Source: an uncultured delta proteobacterium (GTDB taxonomy: Bacteria; Myxococcota_A; Polyangia; Polyangiales; Polyangiaceae). Taken from it: a DNA stretch of 64,000 nt. Under the pieces are notes generated by a model. It made no database searches and was not told the DNA's origin. It saw only the letters and a list, made by a program, of their open reading frames with translations. Below are positions 9,473-20,167 of the stretch, in pieces (positions within the stretch are counted from its first letter, which is position 1; each line of letters starts with the position of its first letter). The position numbers and the translations under genes were made by a program. Location of the stretch: contig CAWDXG010000004.1 in the NCBI GenBank assembly GCA_963806225.1, forward strand, positions 2,848,001 through 2,912,000, written 5' to 3'.

Positions 9473-11554
9473 CTACGCGCGCCCGGGCGCGGGGGCCGGA
9501 ATGGCTGGAGCGACGGACGCGGACGGGGCAGGAGGACTCGCCAGTGCCCGGTCGAGCGCAGCAAGCAACGTCGACTTGGTGAACGGCTTGTTGATGAACT
9601 CGGCGCGCGCCCCGAGCTGCTCGAGATCCAGCACGCGCTCGCGGACGAAACCAGACATCAACACCACCGCGAGGTCGGGCAGCCTGGCGCGCAGCTTCTT
9701 CACGAGAACGCGGCCGTCCATGCCGGGCATCGATAGATCGCTCACTACGGCGTCGAACGTGCCCGCGTGTTGCTCGACCAGGGCGAGCGCCGCGCGGCCG
9801 TCGCCGGCTTCAAGCACGGTGTAGCCCCCACCCGAAAGAACGCGGCGCGCAGCCCGTCGCACCAGCACCTCGTCCTCGACCAGCAACACAGACCGCTGCT
9901 CCCGCTCGCCCGGGGGCGGCCTGGACGACGGCCGGATGCTCCGGGTGAGCGGCCTGTCGGTACCCGGAAGGAAGACGCGGAGCGCCGTGCCCTTGCCGGG
10001 CTCGCTGTCGACCTCGATGCGGCCACCGCTCTGCTGCACGATACCGTAGACGATCGACAGCCCCAGGCCGCTACCCTGTCCGCGCTTGGTCGTGAAGAAC
10101 GGCTCGAACATGTGCTCGATGATCTGTGGGTCCATGCCGCAACCGGTGTCGCGCAAGGCGATCACGACCTCGGGGAGAGCGCCCTCTCCGGCAAGGCTGG
10201 TCTCGATGAGGATCGTTCCACCGTCCGGCATCGCGTCGCGCGCGTTCACGACCAGGTTCATCAGCACCTGCTCGAGCTGCGACGGATCGGCCTCGACGCG
10301 TCCAGCGTTGGTCGCGAGCTGCGTCTCGAGGCGGACATCGTCGCCGACGATTCGCTTCAGCATCTTCGTCATCTCCTCGATCAGCTGATTGGGCTCGAAC
10401 ACGATGGGCGCCAGCACCTGGCGCCGGCTCACCGCCAGCAGCTGGCGCGACAGGTCCGCCGAGCGCACGGCGGCTTCGCGCACTTCGAGGAGCGGCTCGC
10501 GCTGGGCATCGGTCGCCTGCTCCAGCGCGACATCCGTCTGCGTGATGATGACCGAGAGCATGTTGTTGAAGTCGTGGGCGACTCCGCCAGCCAGGCGTCC
10601 GATGGCCTCCATGCGCTGCGCCAGCCGGAGCTGTTCTTCCATCTGGTGCAGGGCGTCGGTCGTCGCGTCGCGTTGCTGTTGGCTCTCCTGCGCCAACCGT
10701 TCGGCACGCTCCACGCGCGCTCCCAGGGCGACGGCCACCCGCGCTACGACCCAGCCGCCCGCCAGCGTCGCCGCCCCCGCGAGCAGCGCCGCGACCAGTG
10801 CGGTGTGCGGACCCCGCGGGGTGATGAACGAACCGATCCAGCTCTGCACGACGACCACTGCGACCACGAGCGGAACGAAAGTGCGTAGTAGGCGCGCGCG
10901 TGCGCTACCCCCCAGCACCAGCTGGGTAGGCCAAACGTCGTGTGGCGGCAGCGCGAGCACTGCTGTGCCGACCAAGACGAAGCAGACCGCCGTCGGCAGC
11001 GCCAGCGGGATGACCGGCGTGCCGTAGAGCAGCGGCTGCTTCAGCACGTAGCCAAGCACGAACAACGCGCCCAGAAGCAGGCTCGAGATCGCCAAGGCGT
11101 TGCGCAGGCGTGCGCGGCCGGGCGCTGCTCCGTCCAGAGCGAGCGCGAGAGCGAGCGGCAGGAACCCCGCAGCCGTGATGGCGGACATCGCGCCCACCTC
11201 TAGCGAGCCCTTTGCGGCATGCCCCCGGATGAGCAGCTCGTCGATGTCCCAGGCTGCCGGGTGGAGCCGGAGGAGCAGGGTCGCGGCGGCCAGTAGTGCA
11301 GTCGCGAGCGCGGGCGCACGCGCCCAGTCGCTGCGTTGCCCACCGCTGCGCCAGAGCACGGCCAACACGAGTGCGAGGAAGCACAACGCCGTGTTGGGCG
11401 CCATCGGCACGAAGCCCGTGCCCACTGCCGCCCAGCGCAACGCACCGACAACCCACCCAGCCAGCGCAAATAGCGCCACCAGGCCGGCGAGCACGCCACC
11501 GATCCGCGCGATCGACCACGCGGGCCGCCGCGGCCCCTCCCCGCTGCGTTGCAT
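9473..11554 (-). CDS. Membrane-bound hybrid histidine kinase-response regulator
   Basis: Multiple N-terminal TM segments, H-box AHDFNNML, HATPase FEPFFTTK...GSGLGL and receiver LVEDE/SDLSMP. The start could instead be GTG 11608. Confidence 0.9.
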   Translation of the reverse strand: MQRSGEGPRRPAWSIARIGGVLAGLVALFALAGWVVGALRWAAVGTGFVPMAPNTALCFLALVLAVLWRSGGQRSDWARAPALATALLAAATLLLRLHPAAWDIDELLIRGHAAKGSLEVGAMSAITAAGFLPLALALALDGAAPGRARLRNALAISSLLLGALFVLGYVLKQPLLYGTPVIPLALPTAVCFVLVGTAVLALPPHDVWPTQLVLGGSARARLLRTFVPLVVAVVVVQSWIGSFITPRGPHTALVAALLAGAATLAGGWVVARVAVALGARVERAERLAQESQQQRDATTDALHQMEEQLRLAQRMEAIGRLAGGVAHDFNNMLSVIITQTDVALEQATDAQREPLLEVREAAVRSADLSRQLLAVSRRQVLAPIVFEPNQLIEEMTKMLKRIVGDDVRLETQLATNAGRVEADPSQLEQVLMNLVVNARDAMPDGGTILIETSLAGEGALPEVVIALRDTGCGMDPQIIEHMFEPFFTTKRGQGSGLGLSIVYGIVQQSGGRIEVDSEPGKGTALRVFLPGTDRPLTRSIRPSSRPPPGEREQRSVLLVEDEVLVRRAARRVLSGGGYTVLEAGDGRAALALVEQHAGTFDAVVSDLSMPGMDGRVLVKKLRARLPDLAVVLMSGFVRERVLDLEQLGARAEFINKPFTKSTLLAALDRALASPPAPSASVAPAIPAPAPGRA

Positions 11555-11863
11555 CAAGGCTTCCAGCGTCGCATCGCTCGACTGGCTCGGCAAGGCACGC
11601 GGTGCCACTCCCTAACGTCCGTCACCCGGATCTCCCGACGGGCTGCGGGCGCGTGTGGCAGGGCCTAACTGCCGTGAATCAAGGGACACTAGGCCCGATC
11701 TACGAAGTCGACCGGTAGCTATGCTCATCGATTCCAACGCTCGCCGGGCGCGCGGTTTGGCGAGGGGTCGAGCGGTGGGAGGTCGAAGAGGTCGGGCGCG
11801 GCGGGGGCGGGCAGGATCGGCGGCGGGGTGGTGGCGCACGCACGCAACTTCGAGGTGTGACGC

Positions 11864-12142
11864 TCAGTTGTCGCCGTCGCCGTGTTTCCGGTGCGAATCC
11901 GTGTTCTGCACCCACGTGCACTCCGAGTCGTACGGCCCGTGACACATGTTGATGTACGTCGCCCGCTGGCCGCACGCGATCACGCCATAGGTGTTGTCCG
12001 CGTTCAGCTCGACGATCTTGATGTGGTCCTTCGGACAGTCGAAGTCGAACGCCGCCCGCGCGCGCAGACCGTCCTCGTCCGCGGCGCCGCAAGCGACCCC
12101 CGCGATGGCCACGAGCACGGTACAGAATGCAACATCCCGCAC
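11864..12142 (-). CDS. Small Cys-containing lipoprotein, hypothetical
   Basis: GTG at 12142. Lipobox-like GVAC followed by LRARAAFDFDC...YGVIACGQRATY...C...CTWV, a pattern I recognise from myxobacterial hypothetical proteins. Confidence 0.6.
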   Translation of the reverse strand: MRDVAFCTVLVAIAGVACGAADEDGLRARAAFDFDCPKDHIKIVELNADNTYGVIACGQRATYINMCHGPYDSECTWVQNTDSHRKHGDGDN

Positions 12143-12988
12143 CCGCGGCGGACGCGACCCGATCCAACCCGGCACGCCTGATTGAACCGCGCGCGAGCGA
12201 ACTCTGTCAACATGAGCGACGCGGCGACGCGGCGACGCGGCCCCGCAGCTACGCAACTTTTGCGAGCATTCCAGGTTCAGTATGCAACCGCCGGCGCGGC
12301 GCTGGATTCCGCGTGGCGAAAGCGCGCATCCGGGCCTAGCGCTTCGCGAGGCCCGTGCCTGAGTCGATTGCCCGCGCTTGCCGGGCCGCTCTTTGAAGTG
12401 CCGCTCCGAGCGCATCCCATCGCTGTCCTGAAGACGCTTCGTCGTCCCGCATGCCGGCGGATCCGGCTGGAGGCCTACATGCGTTGACGCCAAGCAACGA
12501 GTTCGCGCCCGGAGGGTACTCGGGCGGTGGGAACCACATATTCCGGCTCGGCGACGGGACCTTGCGCGCGATCCGCCTGTCCGACTGCGCGCACGTTCGA
12601 ACGTCCGCTCGCAGTCGAGGCTCACGGGACGGAGGTGAAACGGTTGCGCCCCTTGCTCCGCGAATGAAGCGAAGAACAGCATGGCATGCTTCTCGCCTCA
12701 CACACCTCGCCGTGCTCGATGAGGTCACCGCTGTTGAGTGTGCGCGCGGACGCCGATCGTGGAGAGCGTACTGGAACGTCTGGAACGTCATGGAGTTTCC
12801 TGTCCGGGAGTCTCCGAAGGGCCGAGCCGCTGGTCGGAAGGCGATCCAGTCGCAGTTCTTTCGAAGCGCACGGCCCGCGCAACGAGTGCGCGCGCTCATG
12901 CTCCGCGCGGCGACGCCTCGACTTCGCCCGTGCCGCGAGCTGAAGCGGGATTGGGTTCTTGCCGGTCCGATATCGCTGGGAGGCTGCC

Positions 12989-13633
12989 ATGAGAATACTG
13001 ACGGGATTATTCGTGAGCGCGATCGTCGTCCTTGCTTCTTCGAGCTGCGGGAGCGACTCCAGCCCTTCGTCCGGCAGCGGCGGGACGGGCGGCATGGCGG
13101 GTAGCACGTCGGGTGGAACCGCGGGCGCGTCCGGGGGGACCGGTGGCGCTACCGGCGGTTCGGCTGGCACCGCAACGGGAGGCGGAGCGGGCGCCAACCC
13201 AACCGCGGATCTGGAACAAGCGCTCCAGGTCACGTTCCATGTGCTGTCAGCGCCCATGGATCCGAGCAGCGCGTGCACGGGCACAGCACCCGACTTCACC
13301 GACTGCAGCTGCGACGGCGGTGGGAGCTATGACATGTCGCTGGGTCCGCCGATCACCCTGACCGCGAAGGCCTGCACCGAGTCGACCTCGGGCCTGTCGT
13401 TTACCGGCACGCAAACCATGGCGCTTCCGTCGGGAAGCGGTTCGGTCGCCACCTTCACCGTGAACATGTCGACCTACGGCAAGTGCCAGAACGCGACCGG
13501 CAGCTACACCATCGATCAGAACACCCACGCCTGCGCTGGCAACCTCAGTGCCATGTGCCCGGGCAGCAGCGGCATGGTCGCGACGATGTGCACGGTGTCC
13601 GGAGTGCTCGATACCCAGTGCAGCTGCAGCTAG
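12989..13633 (+). CDS. Gly-rich lipoprotein, hypothetical
   Basis: GGGAGG RBS and ATG at 12989. Signal peptide ends in SSSC, followed by a Gly/Ser/Thr linker and a Cys-containing domain. Confidence 0.75.
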   Translation: MRILTGLFVSAIVVLASSSCGSDSSPSSGSGGTGGMAGSTSGGTAGASGGTGGATGGSAGTATGGGAGANPTADLEQALQVTFHVLSAPMDPSSACTGTAPDFTDCSCDGGGSYDMSLGPPITLTAKACTESTSGLSFTGTQTMALPSGSGSVATFTVNMSTYGKCQNATGSYTIDQNTHACAGNLSAMCPGSSGMVATMCTVSGVLDTQCSCS

Positions 13634-13804
13634 CGCTACCGTGCCCCGGAACAACTTGGCACGAACTAGCTCGAGTCGCATCGATGGTGTTGCCTAGGCC
13701 AGGTCCAGCGACGTGAAGCGTTCGCGGATCTGCGCTGCGACCCGCTGACTCCGGTCGTCGGCATGCCGGGTAGATGAGATGCTCGGCGCGCACCGACTGC
13801 CGCG

Positions 13805-14511
13805 ATGACACGACGTCGGGTGCCAGCCCCGCCAGCCCATCTGCCCGAGTGTCGCGGGCGCATCGCGCCGGGCATGGTGATCATCAACGCGGCCACGGGG
13901 CCTGTTATCCTTCGCGCAGCCGTGGCCTCGAACGACGGGCAGCTGAACCTCAGCGAGTGGCACGAGACCCCGCGTCAGGTCCTCGTCCAGGCTCAAGCGC
14001 GAGCCGATCGGCTGCGGCACCTGACCCCCGGTCCGTCGACGAATACCTGCTCGCTGGCCGAACGCTTCTGCGCAAGTCCGTGCAACCAATCCAGGAGAGA
14101 ACCGCGCGCCCGATCGACGCCATCGCGAGGAGCACGCTGGACTCCATCGTGCAAGGCCTGACGCTGATCGAGACGCTAGCGGATCTTCGGATCGAGCGAC
14201 CAGCAGCCCATCGGGTGACGCTCGATCGGGTCGGGTGCGCGGGCAAGCTCAGCGTGACCGCCCACGGCGACGCGATCCTGTTGCGAATCACCCGCGGAGA
14301 GCTGGAGACCCTCCATCGTTTCAGCTGGGTCGAGGCGGGCGTGTGCTGGTCCGACGGACAGCGTGAGCTGTTCGCGACGATCGCCGATTTGCTGGAGAAC
14401 GACGTTCTGATTGACGGCTCGGACAGCTCCCGCAAGAACTGCGCCGCGGGCAGCGAGCCCGAAAAGGCCCTCCTGGCCGGAATTGGTTGGGCCGAAGCAA
14501 CCTTGAGATGA
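13805..14511 (+). CDS. Hypothetical protein, possibly frameshifted near 14030
   Basis: Protein-like composition switches from ORF 13805..14161 to ORF 13774..14511 near a C-run at about 14025. The stop overlaps the ATG of the EAL gene (ATGA). Confidence 0.35.
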
Positions 14512-15413
14512 CGCCGCGCCGTGGCCAGACTGGTGTGTACGGCTGGTCTGGACCAGCCGGCGGGGAGCTAGAGGACCTGGTGGCAACGCGTCGTTTGAGA
14601 TGGACGAACCCGTACCAGGAGCGTTCGCCGGCACCCGGCAGCGACTCTGCACACTCGGTTCGCGAAATCTCGCGGGACGATCTCAACGTCGTCTTCCAGC
14701 CGATCGTGAGCCTGTCCGACGGCAAGCTGTTCGCGAACGAGGCACTGGTCCGCTGTCGCTGGGAAGAGTACCGGAACCCCCCAGCTCTATTCGAGGCTGC
14801 GGTGGAGCAGCAGGCTATCGGAAGGCTCGGGCGGTCGATCCGCGAGGTAACGTTCGAGCGCTGCGGTACCACGCCGGTTTTCGTGAACGTCCACCCAGAC
14901 GAGCTCAGCTCGCGCTGGCTGGTACGCCCGGACGACCCGCTGAACCTCCACGAGCATCCGATCTATCTCGAGGTGACGGAGTCGGCGACGTTCCAGTACT
15001 ACGAGCTTTGTATGGGCGTGCTGAAGGAGATCTGCGCACGCACTGGTTCCAGGCTGGTCATAGATGACCTGGGAGCCGGCTACTCGAACCTCAAGCGGGT
15101 GCTCGATCTCGAGCCCGCCGTGGTGAAGCTCGACCTGGCCCTGATCCGCGGCATCGACCGCAGCAAGCGCCAGCAGACGCTGGCCCGCCACCTGGTGCAG
15201 CTATTCAACGAGCTGGGCTCGACGGTGGTCGGGGAGGGCATCGAGACGCTCGACGAGCTAAAAGCTCTGAGGGACACGGGCGCCGAGTACGGGCAGGGCT
15301 ATCTGCTGGCGCGTCCCGCCTTCCCCATTCCTTCGCCGGTCTGGCCGTTGAGGCCGTCGCGGCGCATCCAGGCGCCTAGCTCGGAACGTTCGCGCCGCCC
15401 TGGCGCCAGGTAG
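14508..15413 (+). CDS. Stand-alone EAL-domain c-di-GMP phosphodiesterase
   Basis: VFQPIV, EALVR, FVNV, LEVTE, DDLGAGYS, KLD, EGIE and QGY motifs are all present. Confidence 0.9.
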   Translation: MTPRRGQTGVYGWSGPAGGELEDLVATRRLRWTNPYQERSPAPGSDSAHSVREISRDDLNVVFQPIVSLSDGKLFANEALVRCRWEEYRNPPALFEAAVEQQAIGRLGRSIREVTFERCGTTPVFVNVHPDELSSRWLVRPDDPLNLHEHPIYLEVTESATFQYYELCMGVLKEICARTGSRLVIDDLGAGYSNLKRVLDLEPAVVKLDLALIRGIDRSKRQQTLARHLVQLFNELGSTVVGEGIETLDELKALRDTGAEYGQGYLLARPAFPIPSPVWPLRPSRRIQAPSSERSRRPGAR

Positions 15414-15478
15414 CCGCGCGCTAGAGGCAGAGCTTGTTGTGTGGCTACGACGGTGCGCACCACACCATCGCCGCCCCG

Positions 15479-16567
15479 CTACTTCGACAAGCGCCAGACG
15501 CCCTGCTTGTTGGCGTAGAACACGTCCTGATCGTCCGCGACGATGCCTTGGCCGCCGGGCGTGAAGGTGACGGCTCCGCTGCCGTCCTTCGACGCGCGGA
15601 CCACGCCGATGTCACTGGCGGCGTACACGTACTGGTCGTCGACGACCAGGCAACGCCACTGCTCGTCGGGAAGGATGGCGGTGACGGAGCCGCCGGTCTT
15701 GCTGACACGCGAGACAGGGCCTCCGTACTCGGTCCAGTACACCGAGTCGGCGTCGACGGCGACGCACCAGGCCTGGCCCGGAGTCGCCAGCTGCGTCGAC
15801 GCGCCGCCCGCCTTCGGCACGCGCCCCACGGGCCAGTACACGTAGCTCGCATCGAGCGCGATGTTCGCGTAGCCGCTCGACGAAGTGAGCTCGATCGGCG
15901 ATGCGGGGTTGGCTTTGGGGTACGCCCAGATGCCGTTGTCCACGGACACGTACACCGTGGAAGCGTCGATGGCGACGCCCCACGGGTGCCTCAAGGCGTC
16001 GGCGACAACGTCGACGCTTCCGCCCCCCTTCGGCATGCGCAGCAGCTGTCCGTTGCTGGGCAGGCTGCCGGTGTCGGCCCAGTAGATGTCCTGGGCGTCG
16101 ACGACGATCTGCAACGGCTCCACGCGATTGGTCGCGAGCACCTCGACTTTGCCGCCGCAGCGCGGGACCCGGCTCACCTTGCCGTGCGCGGCCTCGGTGA
16201 AATAGACCCAGGGGCCGTCGACCGCTACGAACGCAGCGCCCTGTTCCGTGTAGGTCGCGGTCGGCGTCGCCGCAATCAACACGGGCTCGGTCGCCACCGG
16301 ACACGAGCCCGCCGAGCCCGATGCACCTCCGGCTCCGCCTGCGTCGGCCCCGATGCTCCCGCCAGCTCCGCCTGCGTCGGCCCCGATGCTCCCGCCAGCC
16401 CCGCCTGCGTCGGCCCCGATGCTCCCGCCAGCCCCGCCTGCGTCGGCCCCGATGCTCCCGCCAGCCCCGCCCGTTCCTCCGCCAGCTTGCGCTTTTTGCA
16501 CGCCACCGCACGCGACAACGCAGGACAAGACCAGTAGCCAACCCACCCGCTGCAAAGGAACCCTCAC
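15479..16567 (-). CDS. Lipoprotein with a Gly-rich linker and beta-propeller repeats (DUF5050-like)
   Basis: Lipobox VVAC, GGAGGSIGADA repeats, and repeated (I/V)AVDxxxVYW...V.RV.K.GG blades. Confidence 0.8.
   Translation of the reverse strand: MRVPLQRVGWLLVLSCVVACGGVQKAQAGGGTGGAGGSIGADAGGAGGSIGADAGGAGGSIGADAGGAGGSIGADAGGAGGASGSAGSCPVATEPVLIAATPTATYTEQGAAFVAVDGPWVYFTEAAHGKVSRVPRCGGKVEVLATNRVEPLQIVVDAQDIYWADTGSLPSNGQLLRMPKGGGSVDVVADALRHPWGVAIDASTVYVSVDNGIWAYPKANPASPIELTSSSGYANIALDASYVYWPVGRVPKAGGASTQLATPGQAWCVAVDADSVYWTEYGGPVSRVSKTGGSVTAILPDEQWRCLVVDDQYVYAASDIGVVRASKDGSGAVTFTPGGQGIVADDQDVFYANKQGVWRLSK
16337..16468. repeat. 33-bp tandem repeat x4 (coding, GGAGGSIGADA)
   Basis: Unit gcctgcgtcggccccgatgctcccgccagc(t/c)cc occurs four times in tandem with no spacers. 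Confidence 0.9.
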
Positions 16568-16572
16568 AGAAG

Positions 16573-17076
16573 CTATATCATGGATCCGAATGGAAGCAAC
16601 GCAGAGCGACCGGGCCCTGGCGGGAGGTCATGCAGTCGCCGGAGCCGCTGCGACGCAAGCCGCGCGATGAAGAACCCCGCTGGCCGCCGCACGGGGGCTG
16701 TCGGTTTCAGAACCGCCCGGACACACCCAAGCCCAACCCCGGCCCGGGTCCGATCGCGACGCGCATCCTCGTGCGCTCGAGCTCGTGGCGCCAACCCGTC
16801 ACTCGCAGCAACGGAGCCGCTGCGAGCCACAAAGTAGACGATCACACCACCCGCCAGTGTCCCGATTGCACCGATCGCGTACCCGGTGCTGCGCGGCAGC
16901 GTGTGGTCCAGCTCCGCGTCCGCCGAATCGGCCAGCAACGTGGCGCGCTGCTGCGTGTCGGTCCGGCTCTGGGCGCACGCGACGCGCGCCAGCGACAACG
17001 GAGCTACTGCTGCAATGAAGCCCAGGTAGGCCGCGGCCGCGCGACGCCCCCCGGTAAGCGTCCCGGACCTGCTCAT
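16573..17076 (-). CDS. Hypothetical membrane/secreted protein, possibly degenerate
   Basis: ATG at 17076 followed by a signal-like segment and one TM segment. The C-terminal half does not look protein-like. Confidence 0.3.
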   Translation of the reverse strand: MSRSGTLTGGRRAAAAYLGFIAAVAPLSLARVACAQSRTDTQQRATLLADSADAELDHTLPRSTGYAIGAIGTLAGGVIVYFVARSGSVAASDGLAPRARAHEDARRDRTRAGVGLGCVRAVLKPTAPVRRPAGFFIARLASQRLRRLHDLPPGPGRSALLPFGSMI

Positions 17077-17129
17077 GCAGTCGCTGCCTCCGCCGCGTCG
17101 CGCGACGTGATGCGCTTCGCACGCGCCGC

Positions 17130-18008
17130 TCAACCCCCCGCAAGACACGTGAACGACAGCCTCGCCGGCAGCTTGGTCGGCGTGGGCGAGCGCAGTGTGA
17201 CGTCGAGCGGCGCGCCGCCCTTCGGCGTCAGGCTCTGGAGCTCGAACTGCCCCAGCGGACCCGCATCCGGCGCCGGCACCGTGCCGAACGAAAGCACGTA
17301 CGGCGTCGAGCCCACGAGGAACGTCGTCGTGCCGCTGTTGCTCAGGCTCGCCTGGAAGTCCGTGACCTTCCGCTCGGCGACGGCGTCCGGCGGGCCGTAG
17401 AAGATCGTCTCCCCCGTGGCCGGTGTCCAGTCGGCGGAGTTCATCGGAATCGTCGTCAGGACCACGTCGCCGTTGGCCACGTCGGCGAGGTACTCGATCA
17501 CGTTGGGCGTGTTCACGACTTTCATACCGGACACGCTGGAGGCGTCGACCAGCGTGAGCAGCGTGATGCCGGGCGGCGACTGGTCCAGGAACGCCTTCGA
17601 GTCCGCCGGACCGAGCGCCATCTTCGTCGCCGTTGTCCCCTGCGTCTCCACCAGCAGGTTCTGCGCGGTCGAGACGTCGGCGCCCGGCGCCACGAAGCTG
17701 AACAGGAACTCGTTGTTCCCGAACTCGCCGCCGGTGCCGATGACGTTCTGGCGGACGAGTTGGCCGCTGTCCGGGAGGAACACCCCGCTTTCGGCATCGA
17801 CGTACAGCGTGCCGGCCGCGTCCTTGCCCACGCCGACGACCGCGCCCAGCGTGATCGCCGGCGGCGTCAACGGATCGCAGGCCTGCTCGTTCGTGTCGTA
17901 GGGCGCCGCGCCGGCGCTGCCGCCAGTGCCGCCGCTCTTGCTGCTGCAGCCGCCCGCCGCCGCCAGCAACGCCGCCGCCACCACGCCCGCCCGGGCCCTG
18001 TTGTTCAT
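17130..18008 (-). CDS. Lipoprotein, hypothetical
   Basis: GAGGAG RBS and ATG at 18008. MNNRARAGVVAAALLAAAGGC lipobox followed by a beta-rich domain. Confidence 0.78.
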   Translation of the reverse strand: MNNRARAGVVAAALLAAAGGCSSKSGGTGGSAGAAPYDTNEQACDPLTPPAITLGAVVGVGKDAAGTLYVDAESGVFLPDSGQLVRQNVIGTGGEFGNNEFLFSFVAPGADVSTAQNLLVETQGTTATKMALGPADSKAFLDQSPPGITLLTLVDASSVSGMKVVNTPNVIEYLADVANGDVVLTTIPMNSADWTPATGETIFYGPPDAVAERKVTDFQASLSNSGTTTFLVGSTPYVLSFGTVPAPDAGPLGQFELQSLTPKGGAPLDVTLRSPTPTKLPARLSFTCLAGG

Positions 18009-18132
18009 GTCCAGCTCCTCGTCTCGCCCCCGGACAATGCAAGGAGCGCGCCGGCACAGCGCTGTTCCGGCGTCGGAGCGCCCGGGTTGCTGCCATTTCC
18101 GTGGGGAGTGGCATCCGGCCCTGCTGGCCCTA

Positions 18133-19888
18133 CTAGCGGCGCGAACGGCGGAGGCCGAACGCGAACAGGCCGAGCAGCAGCGCGAGCGGCGCGTCGCTCT
18201 GCTGCCGGCGGCCGGCCACGCGGCAGTTGCAGAGGGGTTGGAGGTATTCCTTGTTCTCGCAGCCGTGTGGAGTGCAGCCGTAGCCGGGCACGCAGTCCGC
18301 GTCGCTGACACACACGGTCGCGCACTTGCCCGTGGCACGATCACAGCGGAAGGGGTAGCAGTCGATGTTCCTGTCCAGGGTCTTCTCGTACGATCTGTCG
18401 GCGGAGCACTCGCCTGCCGGCGGGATGCACTCGCCCGTCGCGGAGCAGGCGAAACCGGCCGCGCAAACGTCGTCGCCCGTGCAGTGGCGCGGGCACGAGT
18501 CACCCTGACCGTCGCACAGGTATCTGCCGCACGACGAGGAGGGGGACGAGCCTTCCGACAGCGGGGAACACTTCCCGTCCGCCGCCGCTCCCGTCGCGAC
18601 GGAGCAGGCGGCGCAGGGGTCGCTGCAGCTGGTGTCGCAGCACACGCCGTCCACGCAGTGGGTGCTCGCGCAGTCGGCGTCACTGGTGCACGCGGTGCCG
18701 TTGGGCGGGCCGAGCGTGAACGCCACGACGACTCCGTGGCTGTCGGCGCTGTCGTATTGCCTGCCACCGACCAGAGCAAGGCCCGGCCGTAGCGCAACCG
18801 GCGCATCGTAGATCCAGATGTCGCTCTCCACGGGTGCGAGCGTCGGCTGCTCCTTCCAGCTCGTGCCGATATGCTCGAACACGAACGCCGCGCCGACGAC
18901 CTGGGGACCATATCCGATCCTCCCGCCGCCGAGCACCGTGCCGCCGGCGAGCGCTACTCTGCTCCCGGGGTAGGCAAATTGCTCGATGGGAACCAGCTTC
19001 TGCTGCTCGCTCCACGTTGCTCCCGATCGCACCAGCAGGTAGTCGGCGCCGACGGCACCCACCACGGCCGCGTCGCCGTCGATCGCGAGGGCCGTACCGA
19101 AGCCGTCGGCCAAGGGGAGGCCGCTGACCGTGAGCTTCTGCTGCTCGGTCCAGACGCCTGCCGAGCGTGTGAACACGTACACGGCTCCGCGACCGCTGCC
19201 GTTCCAGGCGCCAACCAGGGCGGTGTCGCCCGAGAGCGCGAGTGCGCTCCCGAATTCGTCGCCGTCTAGAGTGTCGTCTGGAACGAGCTTCTGCTGCTCG
19301 CTCCAGGTGCTGCCCGACCGTACGAACGCGTACGCCGCGCCGGCAGCAAACGGGTCGACGTAGCCGACGAGCGCGGTGTCGCCCGACAGCGCCGCCGAGA
19401 AACCGAAACCGCTGTCCGGGTCGCCGTCGCTCGGAAACAGCGTCTGTTGCTCGGCCCATGAGGTGCCCGAGCGAACGAACACGGCCGCGCCTGCGCCTGG
19501 GTGGTACGCACCCACCAGCGCCGTGTCGCCATCGAGCGCCACCGCCCGGCCCAGATGATCGCCCGCTTGCCCGCTGGCATCGTCGAGCCTCTGCTGCTCG
19601 AATCCAGCTCGAGCCGGACCGCACGAATACGTACGCCGCGCCTCTCGACTTGTCGCGCTCCGACGCTCCGACCAGCGCCGTGCTTCCCGACATGGCGATC
19701 GAGCATCCGAAGCAGTCGTCGGCCTGCGAGTCGCTCGGCGCGATGACCTGGCTCTGCGTCCACGCCGGTGCACCCAGGGCCTGGGTAGCGCGCGCGACGT
19801 GGTCCGTCCCGGCCGGCATTCCACTCGTACACGCGACAAGCAACAATAGCGCGACAAGAGATGCCACACCGGCTGCCCTGCCCACCAT
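18133..19888 (-). CDS. FG-GAP repeat surface protein with a Cys-rich region and MYXO-CTERM sorting tail (+1 frameshift at about 19601)
   Basis: Repeats FGxxxALSGDTALVG...GAAYVFxRSGxxWxEQQKL, a CxxxxCVDGVCC region and a C-terminal CNCRVAG...LALLLGLFAFGLRRSRR. Removing one A at 19601-19602 restores WIEQQRL. Confidence 0.85.
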
Positions 19889-20167
19889 GTGGGATATCGA
19901 AGCAATGCCTGTGCCGTTCGGAATCACGGTGCAGGCGGCGCATTGCTGCTCCGCAATCGTTGCCACCACGCGACAGCCGCTGTGGCAACGGAAGCACACC
20001 GCCATTGCGGAAATCACCCGACGCCTCACCCGCGCCTTTCCGGCAATGCTGGCCGATACGGAGCTTGCGGCGTGGAGGCAGCGGCCCTTCGGGCGCAAGG
20101 TCCGCCTGGCCCGCCCGCCGGGCGACCCTGGCAGTGTGCGGCGGATCCAGCTAGGCTCATGGGCCGG

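Noticed and set aside
12180..12980. About 800-bp gap with short tandem repeats (GCGACGCG x3; CTGGAACGT x2) as an ncRNA or gene
   Set aside because: No convincing ORF, RNA motif or extended structure was recognisable.
13657..13671. TGGCACG...GC as a sigma54 promoter
   Set aside because: The GG-to-GC spacing is one base short.
16337..16468. 33-bp repeats as a possible CRISPR array
   Set aside because: The repeats are directly tandem with no spacers, encode an in-frame Gly linker, and no cas genes are present.
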